A stretch of 64,000 nt of DNA from NCBI GenBank assembly GCA_003818285.1, contig RPRB01000006.1, positions 2,504 to 66,503 of the forward strand. The letters run 5' to 3'. Within the stretch, counting starts at the first letter, position 1. Each line of letters begins with the position of its first letter. This stretch comes from Myxococcaceae bacterium. GTDB taxonomy: Bacteria > Myxococcota > Myxococcia > Myxococcales > Myxococcaceae. The notes under the pieces are model-generated. The model had not been told where the DNA came from. It did not search any database and saw nothing but the letters and a program-made list of their open reading frames with translations. The translations under genes were made by a program, and so were the position numbers. Below are positions 1-7,376 of this stretch, in pieces.

Positions 1-36
1 CATGGTCTGAAGTCCTGTGCCTGTTTCGATGGGGCT

Positions 37-69
37 AGCATATTCAAGAAACGTTTGCAGAGCGTTAAC
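37..69 (-). promoter_or_regulatory. early promoter-like cassette P1 (TTAACG-N20-TATGCT)
   Basis: Minus strand reads GTTAACGCTCTGCAAACGTTTCTTGAATATGCT. It lies ~35 nt upstream of an ATG at 3..1 whose gene runs off the window. Same layout as P3-P8. Confidence 0.4.
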
Positions 70-71
70 GA

Positions 72-105
72 TCACAGGTACCTCCAAGCATTTTCCATGG
101 CGCCC
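72..105. repeat. 34-bp exact direct repeat, copy 1 (non-coding context)
   Basis: tcacaggtacctccaagcattttccatggcgccc is identical to 367..400. On the minus strand it holds GGAGG followed by GTGA. Confidence 0.9.
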
Positions 106-109
106 ATGA

Positions 110-370
110 TCAGGTCGTCGAGTTGATTGCGGTGGATAGGGCGCTCATCGCGCAGTGGCAGGGGTGGTCGGCTCCGGTGCATCCGTCGCCGCAGTGGTTC
201 TTGGATCGCTGGGCGGCAAACAGCTTGGCAAAGTCCTCCTGCGCCTTGTTCGCGATCGCCAGCTCCCGGGCCTCGTCGGCCGTCAACCACTCGCGGTCTT
301 CGGGGGTTGGGGAGCCGCCCAGCATGAACAGCCGGGTGGCCATCGAGTCGTCGTTCGGGTCTTGGGTCAC
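110..370 (-). CDS. hypothetical early protein (86 aa, GTG start)
   Basis: Frame of ORF 110..508. GGAGG lies 5 nt upstream of the GTG at 370, with a GTGA overlap with the stop of 367..657. An alternative ATG is at 343. Confidence 0.4.
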   Translation of the reverse strand: MTQDPNDDSMATRLFMLGGSPTPEDREWLTADEARELAIANKAQEDFAKLFAAQRSKNHCGDGCTGADHPCHCAMSALSTAINSTT

Positions 371-400
371 AGGTACCTCCAAGCATTTTCCATGGCGCCC
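367..400. repeat. 34-bp exact direct repeat, copy 2 (encodes last 10 codons of 367..657)
   Basis: Identical to 72..105. Here it encodes GAMENAWRYL plus the stop, and it carries the SD and start of the next gene. Confidence 0.9.
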
Positions 401-657
401 TTGAGGGCTTCCTTCTGCGACAGGCCATAGCCCGACCACATCCGGCCGTTCGGATACCACACGACGATCTGGTCCGGACCGTCCTTGTGGCCGCGGGCCA
501 TCAGCCACTGCTTGCCGTGGAGGGTGGCCACCCGGAAGCCGACGAACTCGTCGATGCCGGAGTAGTCCTTGGCGAATGCGGGCTTGTCGACCAGCGGGAG
601 GTCTACGCGGAACTCGGCGAAGCCGGTCGGGATCTGGATGGTGACGGTGCGGGCCAT
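367..657 (-). CDS. hypothetical protein (96 aa)
   Basis: Complete ORF MARTVTIQIPTGFAEF... The ATG lies 2 nt after the stop of the 659..781 mini-gene. Confidence 0.55.
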   Translation of the reverse strand: MARTVTIQIPTGFAEFRVDLPLVDKPAFAKDYSGIDEFVGFRVATLHGKQWLMARGHKDGPDQIVVWYPNGRMWSGYGLSQKEALKGAMENAWRYL

Positions 658-658
658 G

Positions 659-781
659 TTAGCAGGCCCCCGTGAGGGTGATGCGGAGGCGGCCAGCGTC
701 GGCCTTGAAGCCGATGCCGCGCTGAGCGAGGCCGGCGATCGTTTCGATGAATTGTTCGAGGTCTACGCAGTCGATGGTCAT
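659..781 (-). CDS. small hypothetical protein (40 aa)
   Basis: My own translation gives MTIDCVDLEQFIETIAGLAQRGIGFKADAGRLRITLTGAC. It is preceded by the CAGGACAAC leader shared with other early genes. It is below the ORF-track size cut-off. Confidence 0.35.
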   Translation of the reverse strand: MTIDCVDLEQFIETIAGLAQRGIGFKADAGRLRITLTGAC

Positions 782-814
782 TGGAGTTGTCCTGTTGCCT
801 GTTTCGATGCAGGC

Positions 815-848
815 ACCGTACTCCAAGACTCTTCAACAGAACATCTCA
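815..848 (-). promoter_or_regulatory. degenerate promoter-like cassette P2
   Basis: caccgtactccaagactcttc aligns with the -10 half of P5-P7 (AGTACGGTG against AGTATGGTG), but the TTGACA-like half is missing. Confidence 0.25.
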
Positions 849-874
849 TGCAGGGATCATTCGCAGAAAAAAGT

Positions 875-1261
875 TCAGGCCGGCTTCTTGGGCTCCGCCG
901 CCAGGTGCTCCCCGGCCAGGCCTCGGGCGTCGTTCGCCCCGGCGGCGATCCGACGGACGACCTCCACGCTCGCCAGGAGCCACGCCCGTCGGGCATCGCT
1001 GTAGGCATCCCGTTCATCCCGGGCCTTCGACTCAGCCTCCCAGCGGGCTGCTCTGGTCGCCCGGAGGGCCTCCCGCTTCACCGGGTCGTGGAGGGCACAG
1101 AAGCCCATCCGCTTGCCCTCGTACTGGCGCCAGACCTTCACCTTGTTTCGGCACTGGTGGCTGAAGTAGCTGCCCACTCCCCGGACGGCGCACCGGCACC
1201 GAGTGGCGTCGGGCTGACGCTGACTGAGCGCCCGGTTCGGGGACCAGATGAAGAAGCTCAT
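875..1261 (-). CDS. hypothetical Cys-rich protein (128 aa)
   Basis: ORF MSFFIWSPNRALSQ... with several Cys/His residues. Same strand and spacing as its neighbours. Confidence 0.45.
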   Translation of the reverse strand: MSFFIWSPNRALSQRQPDATRCRCAVRGVGSYFSHQCRNKVKVWRQYEGKRMGFCALHDPVKREALRATRAARWEAESKARDERDAYSDARRAWLLASVEVVRRIAAGANDARGLAGEHLAAEPKKPA

Positions 1262-1339
1262 GGGGTCACCGGAGGAGGAGTGGACCGAGGACTGCGGCCA
1301 GGTACAGGCCGAGGATGACCACCCAGAAGACCAGCTCGC

Positions 1340-1615
1340 TCAGGCATCCTCGGAGCCTTCCGTTTCCGTCGCCGGATACCATCTCGCACCCTTCTCGCCC
1401 TGCGTCACTGCGCTGTGAACCTTGCCGCGATCGCGCAGCCACTTCAGATCCGGGTCGATCAGGTTCGACTTCAGCCCAGCCCTCTTGCGTTCTTCGCACC
1501 GAAAGTACGACTTGAACACGTCGGCCCCACTCAGTCCGGGGCTGGCCCGGATGATGCTCTCGATGATGCTCCGACGGACCAGCGTTCGGCCATCAGTGTA
1601 CTTGGGCATCTTCAC
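1340..1615 (-). CDS. hypothetical protein (91 aa)
   Basis: ORF MKMPKYTDGRTLVRRSIIESII... with protein-like composition. Confidence 0.5.
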   Translation of the reverse strand: MKMPKYTDGRTLVRRSIIESIIRASPGLSGADVFKSYFRCEERKRAGLKSNLIDPDLKWLRDRGKVHSAVTQGEKGARWYPATETEGSEDA

Positions 1616-1642
1616 TCCTCCCTGATGGTCTCATCGCCGTTG

Positions 1643-1867
1643 TCATCGCGCTCTCTTATTCCACGCGGCGGAGGCCTCGGCTCGTCGTGGATAGCCGATC
1701 GTGTTTGTCATTCCCATCGGACAGCCGTCTCGAATGTCACGGCAATAGGCGCGCCAGCTTGCGATTGTTGAGCCGTTGCTGTCGTGCTCCAGCCCGGCCT
1801 CCGATCCGCAAAACGGACACGGCTGCAACTCGCCCTTGATCGGCGGTACAATGACGGGCTCGGTCAT
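1643..1867 (-). CDS. Lar-like restriction alleviation protein (74 aa)
   Basis: Internal ATG of ORF 1643..2134. Motifs LQPCPFCGSEA ... C..C ... AAWNKRA resemble the Lar family zinc ribbon. ATGA overlap with 1864..2112. Confidence 0.55.
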   Translation of the reverse strand: MTEPVIVPPIKGELQPCPFCGSEAGLEHDSNGSTIASWRAYCRDIRDGCPMGMTNTIGYPRRAEASAAWNKRAR

Positions 1868-2112
1868 GGCTTGGTTCCAAGAACTGCCGTCCTGGTCCTG
1901 TCGATCGCATCCACAAGGGGGTTGGTCCCGGCATCGCTCAGCTCTGCCCAAGTGACCGTGCGGGAGTCTCGAGCCTGCAGGGGGTGGTGCAAAGCGCAGG
2001 TCGTCACCGCGATGCCCTCCGGCACGATGCGCATCACGGTCGTCGCTTCGTCGAAGCCCTTGCCCCGGTGAACCCTGTCGACGTGGGCGGCGGCTCTCAT
2101 CAGCATGTCCAT
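1864..2112 (-). CDS. hypothetical protein (82 aa)
   Basis: ORF MDMLMRAAAHVDRVHRGKGFDE... Its stop overlaps the next start. Confidence 0.5.
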   Translation of the reverse strand: MDMLMRAAAHVDRVHRGKGFDEATTVMRIVPEGIAVTTCALHHPLQARDSRTVTWAELSDAGTNPLVDAIDRTRTAVLGTKP

Positions 2113-2143
2113 TCACTTCTCTCCTCTGTTGCAATGGCTTGGG

Positions 2144-3190
2144 TCAACCGGCTCGCGTGGCTGACCTCCCCTTGAAGCGTTCGACCGAGTAGTCGTGGAC
2201 GACGAAGCCGAGGGCGGCGTCGCCCCGCTCGTGCTCGGCGATCCACGTCTTGCCCTTCAGCGTCTCCCGCCAGAAGCCCCGGACCATGTGCCGCTTCCTG
2301 CGGGCCAGGGCCTGCACGCGGTCCAGGATCGTCATGGCCCGGATCGTCGGGACGGTCAGGGTGACGACAGTGTGCGAGATGAACTTCTTGTAGTTCCCCT
2401 TGGCCACGTAGCCCTTCGAGGGGTGGACTTCGCGGAAGGCGACGGGAAGGTCGTTGATCGTCGAGAGGAACGCCCAGAGATAGCGCAGGTCGCCGGCGAG
2501 CTCAGCGATCGGGTTGTGCTTCTGGATCTCGACCATCATCTGCGAGATGGTGGTCTCGATCAGGGGCGACGGCATGATCCCGACGTGGGGGCTCCTGTAG
2601 TGCAGGTCACCCGTGAGCACGCCCTCGACCGACGCCGTCGTCGTGGCCCGGTCGGGCTGCAGGTGCGAGGCGATCGGCATCTCCCGGTCCATGACCCTCC
2701 AGGGGAGGGGGTGGTCCTCCGAGCACCAGGCGTACGCCAGGAAGTGGGGCTGCGCTTGCTCGAGCGTCTCGTCGTGCGCACCGTAGGTGTGGCTGGCGCA
2801 CTCGATCGCCGTGAAGGCGTAGTCGATCGTCGGGTGCTGGATGCACAGCCAGCCGAGGCGCGCGGGCATCTCCCCGATGGATGGGGGGTCCAGGAACTGG
2901 GTGCCGATCTCGAGGGCCCTGCTGTGCCGGACCCTGGCGTTGTACTCGATCCACGTCACCCGGTGGGGCAGGCGAGACAGGAAGCGCATCGCGTTCAGCG
3001 ACGCAGCCGTGTCCTCTCCGAGCCGATCCGCACCGCCGATGTCCGCGAGGAACGAACTCATCGAGTCGTCCATCACGAACTTGCGGGCTCCGGCCAGCGT
3101 CTCGGCGAACTTGCGCCCCCCGATCAGGTGCCCGTGCTTGGACAGGCACCGGCCGATGATCGCGTCGGCCAGGGTCGGGGGGTTCTTCAA
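2144..3190 (-). CDS. hypothetical protein (348 aa, TTG start)
   Basis: Frame of ORF 2144..3307. GGAGGG lies 4 nt before the TTG at 3190, with a TTGA overlap with the stop of 3187..3699. I recognise no motif. Confidence 0.55.
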   Translation of the reverse strand: MKNPPTLADAIIGRCLSKHGHLIGGRKFAETLAGARKFVMDDSMSSFLADIGGADRLGEDTAASLNAMRFLSRLPHRVTWIEYNARVRHSRALEIGTQFLDPPSIGEMPARLGWLCIQHPTIDYAFTAIECASHTYGAHDETLEQAQPHFLAYAWCSEDHPLPWRVMDREMPIASHLQPDRATTTASVEGVLTGDLHYRSPHVGIMPSPLIETTISQMMVEIQKHNPIAELAGDLRYLWAFLSTINDLPVAFREVHPSKGYVAKGNYKKFISHTVVTLTVPTIRAMTILDRVQALARRKRHMVRGFWRETLKGKTWIAEHERGDAALGFVVHDYSVERFKGRSATRAG

Positions 3191-3699
3191 GCCACCCTCC
3201 TGTGGCTCTGGGTGCGCGCCCAGCTCAGCAGCCCGTCCGGGCCCGGTTGGACGTACCGGCTGCGCGGAACCTCGCCCCACGTGCGCGGCATGGGCTCGTA
3301 GACCCAAGCGATGTAGTCCTTCGGATCGCCGTCGATCCTGACCCGGCGCTTGACCCTGCGGTAGTGCCCGTGGGCTACGCCCTCGAGCCGGTCCATCGAC
3401 TTCAGCATGTCCGCCTCGTCCGGGCCCTTCAGGTCGAAGACCTCGCCCCGGACCTGGGCTCCGCCGGGGTGCCCGTCACAGTTGAAGATGTAGGGGTAGC
3501 CCACGTTCTTCATCCGATACGTCGCCCTGGTCGTCGCCTCGCCCTGGAACGATGCTCGGTCCAAGTGCCAGTGGTTCCCATAACCTCTCATCAAGGTCCC
3601 GTACACAAACACCAGCGTCCGCTGGTCCCGGACCTTCGTCGGGGCGTTGCAGAACAAGATCGTGTCGCGCTTCGTCGTCATTGCCTTCTCCTGTGCCAT
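3187..3699 (-). CDS. gamma-glutamylcyclotransferase-fold protein (AIG2/GGACT-like)
   Basis: VFVYGTLMRGYGNHWHL matches the YGTL(K/M)xG signature of AIG2/GGACT-like proteins. A TGA lies directly upstream of the ATG. Confidence 0.8.
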   Translation of the reverse strand: MAQEKAMTTKRDTILFCNAPTKVRDQRTLVFVYGTLMRGYGNHWHLDRASFQGEATTRATYRMKNVGYPYIFNCDGHPGGAQVRGEVFDLKGPDEADMLKSMDRLEGVAHGHYRRVKRRVRIDGDPKDYIAWVYEPMPRTWGEVPRSRYVQPGPDGLLSWARTQSHRRVA

Positions 3700-3813
3700 T
3701 CAAATTCTCGAACGCCTGCCCGAGCTGGCGGGCCTTCAGCTTGGCGACCACCGCCCTCTCCGCCTCGCGAACGAGGCGGGACATCTCGGTGGCGATGGTC
3801 TCGCTGTCCCACA

Positions 3814-4011
3814 TCAGTCCGCCGAGATCCATCCCAGGTCGACCGGACCGAGGAGGACGCGGATGAAGGTGCCGCCCATGTAGGCTTCGTCGCCAGGGTG
3901 GTGCGGGCGGAACTCGATGTCGACGACCGTCCCGAAGGAGCGGGTGTTGCCGAAGCGGTAGTCGTCGCCGATGCGGAAGTCTGAGTCGTCGCGGTCTGAG
4001 CGGAAGTCCAT
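3814..4011 (-). CDS. hypothetical protein (65 aa)
   Basis: ORF MDFRSDRDDSDFRIGDDYRF... It is preceded by cassette P3 and an AGGAG Shine-Dalgarno. Confidence 0.5.
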   Translation of the reverse strand: MDFRSDRDDSDFRIGDDYRFGNTRSFGTVVDIEFRPHHPGDEAYMGGTFIRVLLGPVDLGWISAD

Positions 4012-4038
4012 GGTCGTGATCTCCTGTTGCCGTTGGAA

Positions 4039-4074
4039 GCACTCTACTCATGAAACCATTTGCAGAGTGTCAAC
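4039..4074 (-). promoter_or_regulatory. early promoter-like cassette P3 (TTGACA-N21-TAGAGT)
   Basis: Minus strand reads GTTGACACTCTGCAAATGGTTTCATGAGTAGAGTGC, ~30 nt upstream of the ATG at 4011. Confidence 0.45.
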
Positions 4075-4086
4075 GCCGGCGAACTT

Positions 4087-4869
4087 TCAGGACGCCGCCT
4101 CCGCCGCCGGGGGAGGGAGCAGGATCGTGCCCTGCGCAGGCTCGGAGGTGTCGGGCTTGATCTCGTCGTCGGTCATCGAGGGCGACCGGGGCGTGATGAT
4201 CAAGTCCTTCGCCAGGTTCGGCGCACCGCGCTGGCGGTGCCGGTAGGCCAGGTACTCGGTCACGTCCTTGCCCGCCCAGCTCTGCTGCAGGGCGACGTCC
4301 AGGTAGGCCGGGTCGAGCCCACAGTCCACGTAGCCCTGCTCGATCGTCTTGAGGTAGGTCTCCGACGGGGGCTGGATGCCTTCGTCGTTCATCTGGTAGA
4401 ACAGGACCCTGTAGACCTTCTTGTTGCCCCGGAGCTTGAAGTAGGACTTCCGGTAGGCCCCGGAGCCGACGCCCTCGTAGCGATCGAGCTTCGCCTCGTC
4501 CCGAGCCGTGATCGACCAGAGCGCACCGGGGCAGCGCGACCCCTCCTTGACCGTCACGTCGGCCACGCCCCGGAAGACCAGGGCGCAGTCGTCGACGTAG
4601 AGGGCGCGCCGGTACTTGGCACCGGGGCATCGCTTCTCCATCTGCGCCGCGTTCAGGTTGGAGCCGTAGGCCCAGTAGAGCTGCCGGACCTCGGGCTCCG
4701 GCCGGGTGCTCCGGACGATGGGCCGGTCCTTCCACACCCGCTCGGGCGTCAGCCGCTCCCTGGTGATGTCGTCGGCCCGGTCCTGCCAGGGCTCGCGCTT
4801 CGGGCCAGTGGTGGTCGGCATGTTGCGCTCGGCCATCCACTCGCTCAGGTTCTTGTATCCTCGTGCCAC
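4087..4869 (-). CDS. gamma-glutamylcyclotransferase (GGCT family) protein
   Basis: LYWAYGSNLNAAQMEKRCPGA matches the Y(F/W)xYGSNL GGCT signature. LDRYEGV holds the candidate catalytic Glu region. Confidence 0.8.
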   Translation of the reverse strand: MARGYKNLSEWMAERNMPTTTGPKREPWQDRADDITRERLTPERVWKDRPIVRSTRPEPEVRQLYWAYGSNLNAAQMEKRCPGAKYRRALYVDDCALVFRGVADVTVKEGSRCPGALWSITARDEAKLDRYEGVGSGAYRKSYFKLRGNKKVYRVLFYQMNDEGIQPPSETYLKTIEQGYVDCGLDPAYLDVALQQSWAGKDVTEYLAYRHRQRGAPNLAKDLIITPRSPSMTDDEIKPDTSEPAQGTILLPPPAAEAAS

Positions 4870-4870
4870 T

Positions 4871-5104
4871 TCACTTCTCCTGTGCCAGTTCGATCAGTCC
4901 AATGTGGAGCAGATCCTTTACAAAGTCGTCAAACGAAGAGGTTCGAATTTCTCCTCCAGTCTGCATGACGATCCGCTCGGCCGCCTGCTTCATCCAGGTC
5001 GTGTCGTCCCCGACGGGGGAGTGGGAGGTCCGGTGCATGTGGCGGACCAGGGCTTCCGGGGTGGCCGCGTCGACCACCCGGCCGTCTACGATGTACGTGG
5101 TCAT
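4871..5104 (-). CDS. hypothetical protein (77 aa)
   Basis: ORF MTTYIVDGRVVDAATPEALV... packed between the amidoligase and GGCT genes (1-2 nt gaps). Confidence 0.5.
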   Translation of the reverse strand: MTTYIVDGRVVDAATPEALVRHMHRTSHSPVGDDTTWMKQAAERIVMQTGGEIRTSSFDDFVKDLLHIGLIELAQEK

Positions 5105-5105
5105 G

Positions 5106-6116
5106 TCAGCGAGCTCCTCGGTTGAAGTGCACCGTCCGGGCGGCGAAGTAGGACTTCTCCGCGTCGTCGGCCTTGATAGCGTCCATCAGCTCATCCAGGT
5201 TGGCAGCCTGCTTCGGGCCCTCCTTCGAGGCTGCCGAAATCTTCAGGCAGAACCTGACCCAGTTGATGACCTTCTCCGCCTCGACCGTGCCCTGGTGGTG
5301 GCGGAACTCGATCGTGCCGTGCTGCCAGAAGGACTGCAGGTTGACCTTCCGATAGCGGTTGCCGTCCCGCATCGCCTGCACACCGTGCCGGCGGAACGAC
5401 TCTGAGCTGCCGTTCGTGTGGTAGGCTGCCGCAGCGACCTGGTCCACAGTCTGGGCGGCCATCAGCATCATCACGTTGAACCGGATCGGCTGGCAGAACA
5501 TGTTGGCCGTCCCCCGTCGGGAGGGGCTCATGAACCGATCGATCGTCGACTCAGCCGAGGAGTAGAGCTGGATGACGTTCTTGAAGAAGTCAGCCGACTC
5601 GCCGCGGGCACCGATGTGGACGTGCAGACCGCACCGGACCGTGACCTTGCAGCCCATCGCCTTGAGGGCGTTGCAGACCGTGCGGACCTGCTGGAACCCA
5701 GCCTCGCCCTGGAGGGGAGGGCTGACCGCCTCAGCGCCGCGGTCGTAGCCGACGGACTGGTCGGTCACGATCTTCCAGTGCCGGCGGAGGGAGTGGTTGT
5801 AGCCCTCTTCGTGGCACTCGACGCCAGCCTCGGTCACCTTCCGGGCGCAGGTCGCCAGGGTCATCCCGGCGGGGCGGACGAACTCCAGCTCGACGCCGAA
5901 GGTGAAGGCGGCCAGGTCGTAGCCGACCGGGGCCGTCGGGGACGTCAGGGCTGACGTCTGACCGAGCTGAGCCCGGAGCCAGTTCAGCCGCTCCCGACGG
6001 TAAGCGATCGTCTCGAGGGGGCCGTTGAGGGTGCGAACGCGGCGGACGCCGCGGGCCTGTGCGAGGGGAACGAGGTCGTTCCATTCCGCTTGAAGCTGAC
6101 GAAGAACCGAAACCAT
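5106..6116 (-). CDS. glutamine-synthetase-like amidoligase (Amidoligase_2-type)
   Basis: FTFGVELEF near the N-terminus and RCGLHVHIGAR match the conserved blocks I recall for the putative amidoligase family. Confidence 0.75.
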   Translation of the reverse strand: MVSVLRQLQAEWNDLVPLAQARGVRRVRTLNGPLETIAYRRERLNWLRAQLGQTSALTSPTAPVGYDLAAFTFGVELEFVRPAGMTLATCARKVTEAGVECHEEGYNHSLRRHWKIVTDQSVGYDRGAEAVSPPLQGEAGFQQVRTVCNALKAMGCKVTVRCGLHVHIGARGESADFFKNVIQLYSSAESTIDRFMSPSRRGTANMFCQPIRFNVMMLMAAQTVDQVAAAAYHTNGSSESFRRHGVQAMRDGNRYRKVNLQSFWQHGTIEFRHHQGTVEAEKVINWVRFCLKISAASKEGPKQAANLDELMDAIKADDAEKSYFAARTVHFNRGAR

Positions 6117-6209
6117 GACGTTGTTTTCCTGTGCCGGGAAGATCTACTGGTAGTATCCCATCCAAGCCCTAGTGTAAACCTGGCGGGGGGCGAAGAAGTT
6201 CAGTGGAGG

Positions 6210-6243
6210 CACCATACAAGAGAAAAGTTTGCAGAGTGTCAAC
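6210..6243 (-). promoter_or_regulatory. early promoter-like cassette P4 (TTGACA-N20-TATGGT)
   Basis: Minus strand reads GTTGACACTCTGCAAACTTTTCTCTTGTATGGTG, ~95 nt upstream of the amidoligase ATG. Confidence 0.45.
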
Positions 6244-6270
6244 GGGGGCCGAAGCCCCCGATTTTATTTT
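6244..6270 (+). terminator. GC hairpin plus T-tract (plus-strand oriented intrinsic terminator-like)
   Basis: GGGGGC-CGAA-GCCCCC is followed by GATTTTATTTT on the plus strand. On the minus strand the hairpin has no downstream U-tract. Confidence 0.4.
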
Positions 6271-6596
6271 CAGGCCACCGGGTGGAAGACGGCGCAGTCA
6301 GAGTAGGCGCCCTTGATCTCGGTCCGGTACTGGTGGCCGTCGATCAGGACGACCTCGCCGTTGGTCAGGGCAGGCTCGACGTTCAGGCGGTCGATCTCGG
6401 CGCGGTCTGCATCGCTGTACGAGGACTTGATGCAGCCGGCGATCTGCATCGCCCAGTAGACGCCGTCGCCGACCTTCGCGTAGTCGCGGTAGAGGGCGGC
6501 GCGCATCGGCAGGTAGTCCTTGGCCCGACGGGGGTGGGCGACGTTGAAGGTGTTGACCTGGTCGAAGGAGCCGGTGGAGAGGGTGAGGGTGCGCAT
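6270..6596 (-). CDS. hypothetical protein (108 aa)
   Basis: Internal ATG (residue 14) of ORF 6270..6635. The upstream MVLTLK codons belong to cassette P5. Confidence 0.55.
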   Translation of the reverse strand: MRTLTLSTGSFDQVNTFNVAHPRRAKDYLPMRAALYRDYAKVGDGVYWAMQIAGCIKSSYSDADRAEIDRLNVEPALTNGEVVLIDGHQYRTEIKGAYSDCAVFHPVA

Positions 6597-6615
6597 CGGG
6601 GTTGTCCTGTGTCTG

Positions 6616-6683
6616 TGTTTCAGTGTCAGCACCATACTGCAAGAGTGTTTGCAGAGTGTTAACAGCAGAGACTTTGCAGAAAA
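6616..6683 (-). promoter_or_regulatory. early promoter-like cassette P5 (68-bp repeat, copy A)
   Basis: tgtttcagtgtcagcaccatactgcaagagtgtttgcagagtgttaacagcagagactttgcagaaaa. On the minus strand this is TTAACA-N20-TATGGT. Confidence 0.5.
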
Positions 6684-6686
6684 TAA

Positions 6687-6881
6687 TCAGGCCTCGTCTC
6701 CGTTTATTTTTTGCATGGCTGCCACGCCCTCCGCGACGGTCATCGTGCCCGCGCCGACCGCCTCCATGACGGATCGCATGTCCGGGTTCATCCTGGCGCG
6801 GTGGCGGGCCTCTGCCTCCGGGTCGTGGGGTCGCGGGTTCTGCTGGCTCCAGCGTCCCACCGTCTTGTTTGGCTTTGCCAT
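6687..6881 (-). CDS. hypothetical protein (64 aa)
   Basis: Internal ATG (residue 12) of ORF 6687..6914. AAGGAA Shine-Dalgarno. Sequence MAKPNKTVGRWSQQNP... Confidence 0.5.
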   Translation of the reverse strand: MAKPNKTVGRWSQQNPRPHDPEAEARHRARMNPDMRSVMEAVGAGTMTVAEGVAAMQKINGDEA

Positions 6882-6894
6882 GTCCGTGTTCCTT

Positions 6895-6962
6895 TGTTTC
6901 AGTGTCAGCACCATACTGCAAGAGTGTTTGCAGAGTGTTAACAGCAGAGACTTTGCAGAAAA
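6895..6962 (-). promoter_or_regulatory. early promoter-like cassette P6 (68-bp repeat, copy B)
   Basis: Identical over 68 bp to 6616..6683. Confidence 0.5.
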
Positions 6963-7041
6963 AGAAACCGTCGGACCTCTTGGCGGCGCCGCGTGGCTAG
7001 CGGCCTTGCCTAGGATTGCTCCCGGGTCCGACGGCAGGGCT

Positions 7042-7260
7042 TCAGACGCCGCGGGCGATCAGCTCGGCGTCGATCAGCATGGTCGAGAGGTGGTCCTCCA
7101 TCTTGTCGACCCACTTGTCCGCGTAGCGGGCGGAGGCCGAGATCTCCAGGTGGTCGATGCAGAAGATGAACTTCTCGCCGGTGGCGAACCAGGCGCTCGC
7201 GTCGGCGATCGTCAGGACTTCCAGCTTCTTGGCGAGGTAGTTGGCGGTCGAGGTGGTCAT
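7042..7260 (-). CDS. hypothetical protein (72 aa)
   Basis: Internal ATG (residue 41) of ORF 7042..7380. Sequence MTTSTANYLAKKLEVL... Confidence 0.5.
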   Translation of the reverse strand: MTTSTANYLAKKLEVLTIADASAWFATGEKFIFCIDHLEISASARYADKWVDKMEDHLSTMLIDAELIARGV

Positions 7261-7273
7261 CTGCGTGTTCCTT

Positions 7274-7338
7274 TGTTTCAGTGTCAGCACCATACTGCAA
7301 GAGTGTTTGCAGAGTGTTAACAGCAGAGACTTTGCAGA
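7274..7338 (-). promoter_or_regulatory. early promoter-like cassette P7 (repeat copy C)
   Basis: Identical to copies A and B for 65 bp. Confidence 0.5.
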
Positions 7339-7376
7339 GAAAAGATTGGGGGCTCCCGAAGGAGCCCCCGGCCGGA

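Noticed and set aside
1266-1382. A possible 38-aa hydrophobic peptide (MVSGDGNGRLRGCLSELVFWVVILGLYLAAVLGPLLLR)
   Set aside because: It overlaps the 3' end of 1340..1615 by 43 nt, has no clear Shine-Dalgarno and is very short. The support is insufficient.
2195-3301. Long plus-strand ORFs antisense to minus-strand genes (for example 2195..3301, 4060..4968, 9286..10344, 11827..13311, 19177..20160, 23041..24579, 25904..27163, 29779..32088, 45928..47751, 47475..49253, 49870..51702, 59384..60586)
   Set aside because: Their translations are Arg/Gly/Pro/Ala/Val-rich low-complexity strings typical of shadow frames in GC-rich DNA. Each overlaps a minus-strand ORF that has clear family motifs and coupled start/stop junctions.
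3476-3814. A 112-codon frame starting at ATG 3814 (MWDSETIATEMSRLVREAERAVVAKLKARQLG...) that continues across the GGACT-like gene
   Set aside because: The first ~38 codons look like a real small coiled-coil peptide. The frame has no stop before 3476, however, and the overlapping part looks out-of-frame. I could not define a defensible 3' end, so it is not listed as a feature.
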